From: Torpedo marmorata
Taxonomy: Eukaryota
Assembly: GCA_977017645.1 (NCBI GenBank)
Contig: OZ360230.1
Span: 75,268,001 to 75,332,000 of the forward strand
DNA length: 64,000 nt
Reading direction: 5' to 3'
Under the pieces are notes generated by a model, which had not been told where the DNA came from, searched no databases, and worked only from the letters and a program-made list of their open reading frames with translations. This document shows positions 23,950-36,845 of this stretch, piece after piece (positions within the stretch are counted from its first letter, which is position 1; every line of letters begins with the position of its first letter). A program made the position numbers and the translations under genes.

Positions 23950-25874
23950 CAGTGCCGGATTAAGGTATTGTGGGGCCTGTAGCATTTATTTTAAAGGGGC
24001 CCTAAATTGTGCCGGCTGGCGCATGCGCGGTCCTAAATTGTGCCGGCTGGCGCATGCACGGTGAGGGGGAAGTGTGATGGCAGCGCACGAAGTTCCGGCT
24101 GGCGCATGAGCAATGAGGGGGAAGTATGACTGCGCCCACCCCCCCAACCCACCGAGAGAGTTTCTAACGCTAACCCTGCATGTCCGTTTTGGTAAGTTTG
24201 AAATAGTCTTAATTATTCTTAACAAAATGATGATGTAGCTTTCTCAGATCACTATATATTCAGTGATTACCAGTGGCGTATCTAGGTGTAATGGGTTTGC
24301 ATAGGGCGTAGAAAAAGAGACGACTCACGGAATTGTTTTCCAGCATTTATTCGCTCCCTTTAGAAGACAAAATAATACAACCATTGTCTTCTGGGTTTTC
24401 TTCCTTGTCTGCCCCTTTGCAAGGTAGCAAGCAGTATATATCATTCATTCTTTTCCTCAACTACACAGGTACTGTATTTTAACATTTCAATATGTACTCA
24501 ACTCAGTGTACACGGTATTAGCCGAGAGGTTTTAAGATTTGCCCAGGAAAACATTTTGCATTTTAAAATCTTTTCAAACTATATAAAAAATCTATATATA
24601 CAAAGTGAAAACAGTGGCACCCGGTGGGCAAGTTAAAAACTGCATAGAAAAACTAACTAGCCAAAATCATACAATTAACAAGGAAATTCTGTACCTTTAG
24701 AAGACAAAATAATACAACCATTGTCTTCTGGGTTTTCTTCCTTTTCTGCCCCTTTGCTCCTAAGCATGCAAAATAACAGAATTTACACTATGAAATTTCT
24801 GGTCACATGACCAACACATGGTAATGGCGCCTCAACACAAGTTAGATAAAACTTTCATAAAGCTTACATTAATAATTAAAACAATACAAAACCAACTGTA
24901 AAACATAATAATATTAGCAATGAACAATATACATTGAGATTGATAAAATAACCAATTCATTTTCCAAAGAAAATATTAAAGTAACCCAGCAGCAAGGTTC
25001 CCACACACTTACCCTTAGCAAGGTAGCAAGCAGTATGAGGAATAGGAAGGGAAGGGCTTAGGAGGTGCACAAGGTGTGTACCGCCAAACTCATTCCCACT
25101 GGAAACATTATTAAAATGGCAATAATTACAAGTGACTCATTGAGATAAAATTCACAATTACAGAATTGAGAATAAAAAAATTTAAAACACATTTTTAACT
25201 CTGTTACATAGGGAACATAGCACCTATGGCAAGCACTGAAATTGCGCCCACCCTGTTAAAACTTACTTACACATTTTGCACTTACACTTACACTGAAATT
25301 ACACTTACACTGAAATTGCACCCCCTCCTCCCCTCCCCTGTTAAAACGTACTTACATATTTTGTTAAAACAAAACTTACTTACGGTGATGGCGGCTGGTT
25401 AAATGAGGGATCAATGGCCGTCTTCGTTACCTATTAACCCCTATGCAGCTGGAACTGCTCTGCATTTCCCTGGTGACATTGCTCCTGCAATGAGCCGTCG
25501 CCGCGAGCTGCCGGAGCGGCCTGATCAGATGCCGGAGCAGTGCTCCTGTGAACTCCGGCAGCACTGCACCCCTGCCGCTGCGTCGGGAGTTAGATGTTGG
25601 GGGGAAGGCGACGGACAGCCAGGGCTAGGAGCGAGGTGGTCGGGCAAGGCGAGGACAGTGGCGCCCCCCTTCGATTTGCGGTTAGCGATTTTAGCCTATT
25701 ATTACCTTTAATCGGGGTTATTAACACAGACTATCAGTGTGGTTTCTCATAGCCGCTGCACAAAGATGAAAACAAAAATGTTTCTCATAATTCATAGTAC
25801 ATAAACGCGGGGGCCCTTGAAAATCCGGGGCCCGTAGCATATGCTACTTTCACTACTACCTTAATCCGGCCCTG
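23950..25874. mobile_element. Non-autonomous hAT-like DNA transposon
   Basis: TIRs CAGTGCCGGATTAAGGTA / TACCTTAATCCGGCCCTG (1 mismatch); 8-bp TSD gcttgacc / gtttgtcc (6/8); ggggccc subterminal motifs; inserted in a Penelope terminal repeat. Confidence 0.85.
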
Positions 25875-26199
25875 GTTTGTCCCGCGGAGTTCCTCCAGCA
25901 GATTGTGTTCAACATCAGATTCCAGCATCCGCAGCCTCCTGTGTTTCCAAAAGCTTCTGGACTCAGTGCAGAGTCCTCAGCAACAAGCTTTGCAGAACTA
26001 TGGGAAGTGAGGTAAGTTACAAATAGTTTACAGTTGAATCATTTAAAAAGTGTTAGCTTTTTTTTGCTGGTGTTTTTAAGTGTTTTAAAAATGCCGACAT
26101 TTTAAAAGATTTAATGTTTCACTGTAATTGTTTTTGAATGTTTTCTAAGTTGTAGCTCCTGATAGTTCAAATTATGAAGAAAATATTTTAGCAATATTA

Positions 26200-26352
26200 A
26201 AGAAGCATTTAGACAGACACATGAACAGGCATGGAATGGAGGAATGAATTTTGTACAGGCGATGGGATTAGTATAATTTGGTATAATGGTTGGCACAGAC
26301 ATCATGGACTGAAGGGATCTGTGTCTGTGCTGCATTATTTAATGTTTTATGT
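26200..26352 (+). mobile_element. CR1 3' tail fragment
   Basis: aagcatttagacagacacatgaac...ggcacagacatcatggactgaagggatctgtgtctgtgctg. Confidence 0.65.
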
Positions 26353-27352
26353 CAATAGTTTATTCATTCAGTTCCTTTTAAATGATTTTCTGTTAATTAC
26401 CCGGTGAATAAATGTAATCAGCTTCCGTAGAAGATCCATGGTGAATATGTTTGATAAAGATGGGAGATACATTTGATGAAAAAAGAAAACTGCTCACTGC
26501 CAAAAGATAATGGGCTTCATTATGCTCCACCCAGAGTTCATCCTGTACAGTTCTCATGGTTGTGGTATTCTTTTTTGTCTTCAAGAGTGAAGTCAAACCC
26601 CAGGCCTCGATGACAAGGCTATCCCACAAAGCAGAAAGATGTATCAGTGGAGCATAGGTTTCAGGCAGTGGATTCTGCAGCTCTGTTCCAGAGTGCCTGT
26701 ATGACTTGTTTCTAATCTTCTCTGATAACCTTCCATTTAAACAATTGATCTAATTTAAAGGAAATAAACATAATAAATTTACTTAAAATCCTGCTGTAAA
26801 AATTAATTAAAAACATTAAGATTAATTAAAATAAGAGAAAACAAAACAAACCACAAATGAACTGTAATTCAATCCCAACGTCAACCCCATGCAAACAAAT
26901 GGGGCCACGTTGGATGCATCAAATGTAGTGTGAGTAAAACCAAGGCCAGGGAGAAGAGACAGAGTTACGCTTGAATGGAATTACTGTCTTATTCACAGTC
27001 ACTGGAACAATCCATTCCGTTTTGCCAGCAGCAGTCTGTAGTGAATCCACGAAGAATTCCTCCACTTCTTCGTCCACTGTGTGCACCTTTCTCTTGGTAT
27101 CTCCTGCTTTGAAGCACTTTGCAAAATGATTCTTTTTCCCACATTTATAGCAGGACTTTCCATAGGCAGGACACATCTTTGGAATATGTCTACCTCTGCA
27201 CCTGCTGCATTTGTTGTTTGAGCTTACCACTTTGCTTTGTTGTTACTTTGGGAAACTCCTGGTGCTCTGCTTATCTGTTTTCATCGCATGCACTGTTGTG
27301 TCTATCCTGTGCAGCTCCTGAACTGTTGTGTCTATCTTGTGCAGCTCCTTAT

Positions 27353-30300
27353 TGTTGTGGATATACGCAGGTGTGCGTATGACGTCATAATGCATATATA
27401 TTGTGTGCTGCAGGGAACCATTTTAGATTTTCAATAATGAATGAATAAGGCACCACGTCTCTTTATGCAAGTGTATTTCTAAACCTAGAATACACAACGG
27501 ATTGGCAACGAGGATAAAAACAAACTTCTTCTACACTCCGAACGTTGGAAGAAGATTGGAAGATTAGAAGTTACAACACAAGATGAAGACCACAGTAAGC
27601 CACACAGGATGATGCAGAGAACAAAGGAAAGAAGACTCAAAATGGCGGAAGGACATTTTGGAGAATTCAAAGAATCAGAAGGCTGGTATGACTACGTGGA
27701 GAGATTTGATATGTTCTTTCTTGCCCATAATATAACAGATACACAGGCTTTCAGAAGGAAACAGGCACTGTTTCTAAGCGAAGTGGGAAGCAAGATATAT
27801 AAACTGATAAAATCTCTTTTGGCACCTGCGAGACCGAGTACTAGGTCTTATGAGGATTTGTGTGCAGTGGTAGGAGAACACCTATCGCCTAAACCAGTAG
27901 TAATTGCAGAAAGATACAAATTTTATTCCAGAAAACAAAAAGCAAACAAAACTGTAAGTGAATATTTGGCGGAATTGCGCAGACTGTCAGAAAGTTGTAA
28001 TTTTGGAGAGTTCCTGAACGAAGCATTAAGAGACAGGTTAGTCATGGGTTTGGCTGACCGCAATGCCCAGCGACGATTGCTGAGTAAGAAAGAATTAGAC
28101 ATTAAGTCTGCGTATGATACCGCCTTAAGTTTCGAGATGGCCAGCCAAAACAGGAATATCAGACAAGGAGAGACGCAGGTAGTGGGAAAATTAAACCGAG
28201 GAGAATGCTTCCACTGCGGAAAAAGTAACCACAATCCGGATAATTGTTAGTTCAAAAAAGCAAGGTGTCATCTATGTGACAAGGAGGGACACATCAGAGC
28301 CAAATGTCTACGAAAAAGAGAAAGTGGAGGAAAGGAGAAAAATCAGAAACCCAAATACAAAAAACAGTCGTCCAAAGTGAAAAATGTGGGGGAGAAGGAA
28401 GTGAAATGAATGACTCCGAGGAAGACAAGGCAATGGAAGTAATGTATATTCGCAGTGTAATGGATAAGAATTCTGAAATTTATATCCAGGTTAAAATCAA
28501 CAATGAACCGCTTCGGATGGAGTTGGACACGGCAGCATCTGTGTCTCTAATGCCAATAAATTTGAAAACACGACTATTACCCCATCTTACCATGAAACAG
28601 TCCAACATGGTGTTGAAAACGGTCACAGGGAGAAAGTCAAAGTGCTTGGGAAATGTAAAGTAGACGTCGAGTATAAGGGACAGACATTGAACGGATTACC
28701 CCTCTACATCGTGAACACAAAGGGGCCGGCGTTGTTTGGAAGAAACTGGTTGTCGCACATCCAACTGGATTGGATGGAAATTGGGTCAGTAATGAAGATG
28801 TATGCTGAGGGTAAACCCAAATCGAAGGTAGAGCAAGTACTTAAGAAGTATCAAAAGATTTTTGCAAAAGGCCTGGGAAATATTCAAGGAGTCCAGGCAA
28901 AGTTACAATTGAAACCTGAGGTTGAACCCAAATTTTATAAGCCAAGGACGGTACCTTTTGCAATAAAAGGAAAGATTGAGTTAGAACTTAACAGATTGGA
29001 AAACAAAGGAATCATTGAACGACTTCAATATAGTGATTGGGCAGCTCCCATCGTGCCCGTCAGAAAACCCAATGGAGAAATTCGCATTTGTGGTGATTAC
29101 AAAGTCACCATTAATCAAGCTCTGCAAATACCAGAACATCCCATGCCCAGAGCGGAGGAGTTGTTTCAAGCCCTGAATGGGGGAAAAAAGTTCACAAAAC
29201 TGGATTTATCTCAGGCGTATCAGCAAATCGAATTGGATGAGGCATCAAAAAAAGTATGTGGCAATCAATACTCATTTGGGATTGTTCACTTACACTAGAA
29301 TGCCCCGACAATATTTCAAGCGGTTATGGACAAACAATTACACGGAATAGATGTTGGATGCTACCTCGATTACATAATTATTACAGGTTGGGACGACGCA
29401 GAACATCTATCAAACTTGTAAAAGGTCCTAACCTGACTACAACAAGCAAATGTCTGTTTACGCCGAGACAAATGTGTATTTATGGTACCCTCAATAATAT
29501 ATCTGGGTTTTACAATTAATATTGAAGGAGTCCGAATGGATACGGCTGGTACCGAGGCTGTCCACAGAGCACCCTACCCATCAAATAGAGCAGAATTACA
29601 ATCATTCTTGGGTTTGGTTAACCATTATCGGAAGCACATTCCTAACATGTCAACGCTGTGCAACCCGCTGAACCAATTGTTAAGAAAAGATCAGAAATGG
29701 TGTTGGAATAAAGAAACAAGTAATGCGTTCAATCGTTTGAAAGAACTGCTGACATTAACCGATAATGTTCTTGTCCACTACGACCCAGAGAAAGACGTGA
29801 CTCTGGTGGTGGATGCTCCACCAGTAGGTTTGGGTGCAGTGTTGTTGCAGGTCACAGAAAAAGAGAACAACCTGTGGCTTACGCCTCCCGCTCGTTGACG
29901 GCTTGTGAACGTAATTATGCACAACTGGAAAAGGATGGACTGGCCATAATATTTGGTCTCAAGTGATTTCACCAATACTTGTATGGTAGGAAGTTCACCT
30001 TAGTAACAGACAACAAGCCACTGAGTTTAATTTTAGGACCTAAAAAAGGCATTCCGGTACTAGCTGCGACAAGAATTCAGAGGTGGGCCATGGAGCTCGC
30101 TGCTTACGATTACGACTTAAAACATATACCGGCAAAACAAAATGGCCATGCCAATGCCTTATCACGCTTGCCTCTGCCTAAAACTGAACAGGAAGAAGAA
30201 ACAATTAAATGGGTGGCGGAAGCTACAGCTATTAATCAAGAACAACTTCATCACTTACCGATTACAGCAAAGACTATCATCAAAGAAGTACGGAAAGAAG

Positions 30301-31969
30301 CTACACTGTCAAAAGTCCTATATTTTACATTGAATGGGTGGCCCGAGATCGACATTATTTTGCCCAAACTGAAACCTTATTATACACAACGCAATGAAAT
30401 ATCGATCGAAGAAGGCTGTTTATTGTGGGGAACCAGGACAATTATCCCCAGGAAATAGCAAGCAGCCATATTATTAGAGCTACACAACAATCACCCAGGA
30501 ATGGTCCGAATGAAAGCCCTAGCACGTATGCATGTGTGGTGGCCATCAATTGACATCGATATTGAACAGACAATGTTACATTTCTCAGGAGATGCAGCCC
30601 AAAGAACCTCAAGCCGAAGCTAACCCATGGAAATGGCCATCACGACCATGGTACAGAATTCACGTGGATTTTGATGGTCCATTTATGGGTGAAAATTTCC
30701 TGATTGTGGTCGATGCACACTCCAAATGACCAGTAGTATCGCACATGCGGACAACAACAACAGACCAGACAATGGAGAAACTACGAAATATGTTTGCGTC
30801 ATATGGATTACCTATGGAACTCGTCTCCGATAATGGACCTCAGTTTGTATCGAATGCTTTTAAAGTGTTCCTACGTAATAACAGTATACGACACATCTTG
30901 TCGGCGCCCTACCACCCAAGCATGAATGGAGAAGCTGAACGTTTTGTACAAACCTTTTAAAAAGTCATGAAAACTAAGAAATCACTAAACGTATCATGGA
31001 ATCACAAAATCGCGGATTTTCTATTGGCGTATAGAAACACACCGCACTCCGCAACAAAACGGATGCTGGCGGAATTGATGTTTGGGCATGGCTTAAGGAC
31101 CCGACTCTCTACAGTGCACCCGAACATCAGCCTTCGTATCGAACAATCCACATCTCCGAGTAAGCCGACCCGATCTCTGGAAGTAGGATAGCGAATATTG
31201 GTACGGGATTACCGGGACAATAAAGAGACGTGGATAAGAGGCGTGAATCTCTTAAAGTTGAGTCCGTGTTCATATTTTATACTGGTGGGAACTAAAATAT
31301 GGAAGCGACACATCGACCAGTTGAAGGCGGTAGATGATCAAGTGTCTGTGTCCAATACGGACAATCTTCAAGACTTTCCATTTTGGGCACATTCAAACGA
31401 CGACATTCCTGAAATAACTTCAACAGATGAAGCTCCTTCAACATCAGCTGCTCAGGAGAGCAGTACAGCCCATGTTCCGAATAGTGAGCATCAAAGACAG
31501 GGCTCACAGTCCCAAGAACCAGCTGAGGAGGAGGTATTTCCCGAGAAGGCCAAGAGTCCTGAGAGGTCGCAAAGTCTCCCTACGGGTCCTGCCTCGCCAA
31601 GAAGGTCAAAAAGGGAAAGACGTCCTCCAGAATGTCTGAGGGACTATGTACAATGACTTGGCCATTTGGCATTTTATATTTACGTTGTGGTGTGCGATAG
31701 TAGTTAACACCATGATAGTAATTAAAATCCATTAGTATATGTGTACTTCTTAGACACTGTAGTTTAGTATGCTTACTGCTTATATACCATGTTAAACGAC
31801 ATTTATTTTGTGGGGGGGAAAGAGTGTTGTGGATATACGCAGGCGTGCGTATGACGTCATAACGCATATATATTGTCTGCTGTGGGGAACCATTTTAGAT
31901 TTGCAATAAAGAATGAATAAGGCACCATGTCTCCGTGTGCGTGTATTTCTAAACCTAGAATATACAACA
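27353..31969 (+). mobile_element. Full-length but decayed Mag-like Gypsy LTR retrotransposon
   Basis: LTRs 27353-27499 and 31825-31969; PBS TGGCAACGAGGAT (tRNA-Ser type) at 27503; PPT at 31812-31824; 5-bp TSD cttat/cttag; order gag-PR-RT-RH-IN. Confidence 0.95.
27609..31656 (+). pseudogene. Gypsy gag-pol, multiple stops and frameshifts
   Basis: gag LRDRLVMGL + CFHCGKSNH; protease MELDTAASVS; RT WAAPIVPVRKPNGEIRICGDYK, KLDLSQAY; RNase H VDAPPVGLGAVL, TDNKPL; integrase RIHVDFDGP, VSDNGPQF, PYHPSMNGEAER. Confidence 0.9.
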
Positions 31970-32720
31970 CTTAGCTTGTGCTCGTGTGATCTCTGTTCCC
32001 CTACACATATTCACAGCCTTTTCCAGAGTCAAATCTTTTTCACGCAACAGTCTTTCTCTAAGTCCATTATCTGGGATTCCGCAAACTATTCTATCTTTAA
32101 AGAGTGAATTTTTCAAATCTCCAAATTCATAGGACCTACTCAGTGTGTGAAGCTTGGCAAAGTATTGGTCAAAGCTCATACCTTGTTTCTGGTCACAGGA
32201 GAAAAACTTGAATCTCTCAAATGTGACGTTTTTACTTGGAACAAAATACTCCTCAAATTTTGTCATCAGAGTGTCCAACGTGAAAGCTGTCTCATCAATT
32301 TGAAAACTGTTATAGATGTCCAAGGCATCTTCACCCATCACGTACAGAAACATAGACACTTTCCGTTTTCCATCGGTCTCTCCCATTCCACCAGCTTCTA
32401 AATAAATGTTGAATCGTTGTTTGAAGCATTTTCAATTATCAGCTAGATTGCCGGTAAACTGCATCAGTGTGGGAGGACTTAACTTATCCATGTTTACAAA
32501 CTATTGTCTTCTCTTATTCACTGAGACACTTCTGACACCAAGTTATGCTTGTTCTTTCAAGAAGAACAACTTTACGTGGGTTTAACATTTAACCGACTTT
32601 ATTTTCCTTGAGCTGCTTCAACCGACTTCCAGCCACACATCCCCGTCATATGTCACTTCCGGTTTCCACCCAACAGCGTGCATTGCATGCTGGGAAATGT
32701 AGTTCTTATTTACATACATA

Positions 32721-32802
32721 CAGGTAGACCCCTACTTACGATGGGGTTCCGTTCCGGGGCTCACATCGTAAGGTTAAATTATCGTAAGTCGGGGTCTACC
32801 TG
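32721..32802. mobile_element. 82-bp Tigger-like MITE
   Basis: 22-bp TIRs CAGGTAGACCCCTACTTACGAT / ATCGTAAGTCGGGGTCTACCTG (1 mismatch); TA flanks. Confidence 0.85.
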
Positions 32803-32825
32803 TACTGGTAGTATTCTGATTTGTC

Positions 32826-32921
32826 CCTGCCGGGAGGCCGACATCCCCACTCCTGCCGGTGGGAGGCCGACGTCCCCGCTCCTGCCGGTGGGAAGTCGAT
32901 GTCCCCGCTCCTGCCGGGAGC
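32826..32921. repeat. GC-rich tandem repeat (about three units of 25-29 bp)
   Basis: cctgccggtgggaggccgacgtccccgct-like units. Confidence 0.7.
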
Positions 32922-33019
32922 CCGAAGTGGCGCTGGGTAACTAGGGGCAACGGCGTCACCTCGCAACCTACGTTGTGATTTGGAATGCATGCGCAGATTG
33001 CCGTCGCTCTCTCTCCCTC

Positions 33020-34673
33020 TTTTTAAAAAAAAATATTTTATTTAAAATTTTAAATCACAAAATACATAAGGTAGAATTTAAAATTATCAAAATACTTGTG
33101 ATATATTTTCACCCCCCCTCCCACCCTCCCCTCCCTAACCCTCCCATCCCTACTAATCTAATAAAATAAAATAAAAAAAAAAAGAAAAAGATAGAATAAG
33201 GAGAATGTCAATCTAAAAATACATCTATAAACTAATTCTATTATGGAGGTTAGGTTCGCCAGTAGATCCGATGTCTAGAGATTTTCAGATCCTTTTTTAA
33301 AAATATTTTATTTAAAATTTTAAATCACAAAATACATAGAATAAAATATAAAATTATCAAAACTACTTGGGATACATTTTCACCCCCCTTCCCACCCTCC
33401 CCAACCCTCCCAACCCCACTAATCTAATAAAATATTAAAAAAAAGAAAGAAATAGAGAAGAAAAAGATAAGGTAAGGAGAATGTCAATCTAATAAATACA
33501 TCTATAAACTAATTCTATTATGGAGGTTAGGTAGCCAGTAGATCCAATGTCCAGAGAAGATTTTCAGATCCTTAAACCAACAACTTTCATATATGGGCTC
33601 CAAATTTTTAAAAAGAAATGATACTTATTATGTAAATTGTAAGTAATTTTTTCAAGTGGTATACATGAACGAAGTTCTGCATGCCATCTTTCTAACCCTA
33701 AATCTACATCCGATTTCTAAGTAATAGCAATACATTTCTATGAAACAGCTAAAGCAATTCGCAAAAATTCTATTTGATACATATTTAATTTCATCTTAAT
33801 ACTAAATTTTTTAATATCTCCAAATAAAAATAACATAGGGTCCATTGGGAATGTAATCTTAAATACTTTATCTAAAAAATTTTTAACTTTTAACCAAAAA
33901 TCATAATCTTTTGGACAAAATCATGTAGAGTGTACAAAAGAACCCTCCTCTTTATTGCATCTAAAACATAAACCTGATAATGTCGGATTAAATTTCTTTA
34001 ATTTTTTAGGTGTTAAATATAATTGATGAAAAAAATTATATTGTACTAATCTATATCTGACATTAATAATCTTCGTCATACTTAATTTACATAATTCTTT
34101 CCAATGATTTTCATCTATTGTTACATTCAAATCTAATTCCCACTTTAATCTTGATTTATGAATTCCTACTTTAGGAATTTTTCTCTGAAACAATTTATAC
34201 ATTTGAGAAATAAATTTATTGACATCTCCTTTAGTAACTAATAATTCTAATTCGTTCTGCCTTGGTAAGATCAAACTATAACCTAATTTCCCAACCAAAA
34301 ATGCTCTAATTTGATAATAAGCAAAAAATGTATTATCCAATATATTGAATTTATCTTTCATTCTTTGAAAAGTAATAAATTTCCCAGCTTCAAAACAGTC
34401 ATTTATTTTCTTAATTCCTTTTTGAAACCAAATTTTAAATAATTGATTATTGATAGTAAATGGAATAAGTTCATTTTGATATAAAGGCATCTTTGGAGAA
34501 ATCGATCCTTTTCCTCCTATTTCTTTATCCGTTTTGTTCCAAATTTCTAACAGATGTTTAAGAATAGGAGAATTTTTCCTTCTTGTTGATATTAATTTAG
34601 AATCCCATTTATAAATAACTTCTTCTTTAGAATCTTCTCCTATATTATTTAATTCTATTCTAATCCAAGCAGA
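33020..34673 (-). mobile_element. Two head-to-tail L1-clade 3' fragments (33020-33292 and 33293-34673)
   Basis: ORF2 C-terminus INVRYRLVQYNFFHQLYLTP...CFRCNKEEGSFVH, LRSCIPLEKITY; identical family 3' UTR and A-rich tail repeated twice. Confidence 0.88.
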
Positions 34674-34679
34674 GATGAA

Positions 34680-35131
34680 CGTAGAGACAAACATCCAGTG
34701 CTGCTGGAAGATCATCAATTCAGTGAAAGATTACCTTTCGTCCACCCGAAAACTTGTTGGTCTTCCAGCACAGTGAGATGTCCGTGAGGGGATGCTACTG
34801 ACTGCTGACTGTCACATTCCAGGCTGCAGGAGTACATGCTTATGGACGCACAGGCTTAATGCAGCCAACACAAAGGTTTTGTGGGAAGGACCACAGTCTA
34901 GAATCCTTCCACTAAAGGCATTGAAGGGCTGAGTCCAGAGGAGAGCCCCTCAAACAACTGAATGAGGAGTAACCCAGGGTGCCATGTTTGGGCAATGAAT
35001 GGTGCTGTATAGTAAAATGTAGAATGTCAAAATGTATATAGGAACATGACTAAGAATGTAAAAAAAACCTTTGCACTCTTTTCCTTTGTATATATATTTT
35101 CATTATGAATATAGTTTATTTTTTGAAAAAA
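34680..35131 (+). mobile_element. Tx1-clade LINE 3' fragment
   Basis: ETNIQCCWKIINSVKD...NLLVFQHSEMSV...SRLQEYML-like C-terminus; A-rich end. Confidence 0.65.
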
Positions 35132-35674
35132 GAGGGTCAGATATGCGATGTATCTGATCCTGCTACTCACCACTGTTGGGGTCCACCGTGGATATAGCAC
35201 TGACCCTGAATGCTTTATCTAGCTGACAAATCTCTGCCGAACTGCTGGCCATGAAACAGCACAATTCAGACCGTAAAACTGAAAATATGAAGTAGATTTA
35301 GTGCGCCTTTCAGTTATGGTTTCTTTCTCCAGAAAGTTTCTGTGTGGTGCAATTTACTTAATACAAAGGTACTTGATCAAAACTTAGATTCAGGCCCATG
35401 CAAAGCTGGTAATAGGCCCAGGCCAGATGGGAAATGTAGGCCCCATTTCAAACTGCTCATTAAGTATTTTTGTAATCAGTGCTAAATACATATCATTTAT
35501 GTATGGGTATATATATGTACATGTAGTGTACATGATGTACTTACAAGTAACAGAACAGAATAAAAGAACTAGAATGATTTATAAAAAAGGTAATGGCAAG
35601 CAATTTTATTCAAAATGTATAAAAGACAGTAGAGTACAGTACTGTGATAAGAAGCAGTAAATACAATAGTACAT

Positions 35675-35818
35675 TGTTACAAACTCAATCCAGCAACGAC
35701 AGAAGACGCGATGCAAAAGGGGTAAAATTGAAATTTATATTTATTAAAGACAATTAAACATATAATTTCTCAACAATTAACCCCACTATAAATGTCTATA
35801 AACACTATTCTTATCTAT

Positions 35819-35860
<42 letters not shown>

Positions 35861-36845
35861 GCCCAGACCATTACAGTCTGTGCCCAACCCTCATGTAAAA
35901 ATGGAAAACCTTCCCCAAAACCCCCAGGTCAGTCATAAAAATAAGTCAGTCCCAAAAATACAGTCCACAAAAATCACTCTCTATGTTCAGGGTCCAAATT
36001 CAGCTCTGTGTGCTGGCACAAAGGACTTCTTAGTGAATGTTGGAGAGAGAGACAATAACTGTTTAAGCGTACGAATGCTTGGCCTGCTTTTCTTCTCTGA
36101 TGACTTTCCCTTTTGGTAGGTACACGAGGATTGCGATTCCACATCAGTTTTGATTGAGGCGTGTACTTGGATCTACAGCATGTCTCGCTGATCTCACGCC
36201 TGTTCTCCACGGAAGTTGTTTTTACTCAGGATTTTCCTGATACAGGAGGCCATGTGCTATTCTCCCAGCCTTTTCCCCTGGGATACTGTGGTAAACCACT
36301 GTTATGTGTATTGTGGGCTGAGGATAGGTATGAGCATGTCCTGCTGTCTGTCCCGGTTGCTCCTCCCCTTCCTACCCCGAATAAAGGCCCTTGTGCCACT
36401 GCTCCGCCCTCAGTCCGGGATAGATCAGCAGGTCAACTGCCGTGCTCTTTTATAGCTAATAAAATCCTACTGTTCCTGCACTACTTCTCGCCTCTCTGGA
36501 ATCATTGATAGGCCTATCAGATACACAAGCCTGGATTTGGCTATGTTGTTCCAGTCTCTTGCAACTCCAGACTGAATGCTTTTTGCAGAGTTTTGCACCT
36601 GCTTTTGCAAAAGTGCAACAAAGTATCTTTCTACAGCCTGTCTCTCTCTCGTGTCTCTCTCTCTGAGTGCAGCCAGTCCTGGGCAAGTTAACTCTATCAG
36701 TACCAGGTCCCAGTGTGTACTCCAAAAGACTTCGTCCTTCCTGCTGACCGTCCGCAGTCCAAATGGTCAGTCATGGTCCATAATAACATTCATGTTTATT
36801 CTGTATTCGGAATTTCAGATCAGAAATGGTCATCACTTCTTCACA
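35675..36845 (-). mobile_element. Probable solo LTR (about 1.17 kb) inserted at the hAT transposase C-terminus
   Basis: TGT...ACA ends; ACAT(T) direct repeat at both junctions; hAT sequence resumes colinearly on either side; minus-strand AATAAA near 35740; internal (GT)18. Confidence 0.55.
35822..35857. repeat. (GT)18 microsatellite
   Basis: Direct reading. Confidence 0.98.

Larger units (their letters stand above)
21730..25945. mobile_element. Old inverted Penelope-like locus fragmented by later insertions (minus: 21730-21838, 22625-23305; plus: 23822-23949, 25883-25945)
   Basis: Terminal motifs acacaatctgctggtggaac and gatgctgcttgacc|cgcggagttcctccagcagattgtgt; GIY-YIG C-terminal remnant (HLIFRLDRL..NG-like) at 23080-23300. 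Confidence 0.6.
26964..32718 (-). mobile_element. Truncated Mag-like Gypsy element (5' LTR about 32541-32718, gag, start of protease), host of a nested Gypsy
   Basis: PBS TGGTGTCAGAAGTG (tRNA-Leu type) ending at 32540; gag MGEDALDIYNSF...FERFKFFSCDQ...KDRIVCGI; zinc knuckles CSRCRGRH...C and CYKCGKKNHFAKC; stops at VIPFK just before the protease DTG. Confidence 0.85.

Noticed and set aside
24271-24310. Second hAT nested inside 23950-25874 (CAGTGGCGTATCTAGG terminus)
   Set aside because: No matching inverted end or TSD found, so it cannot be delimited
26393-26960. 3' part or LTR of the truncated host Gypsy
   Set aside because: No similarity to the 32541-32718 LTR or to pol; origin unresolved
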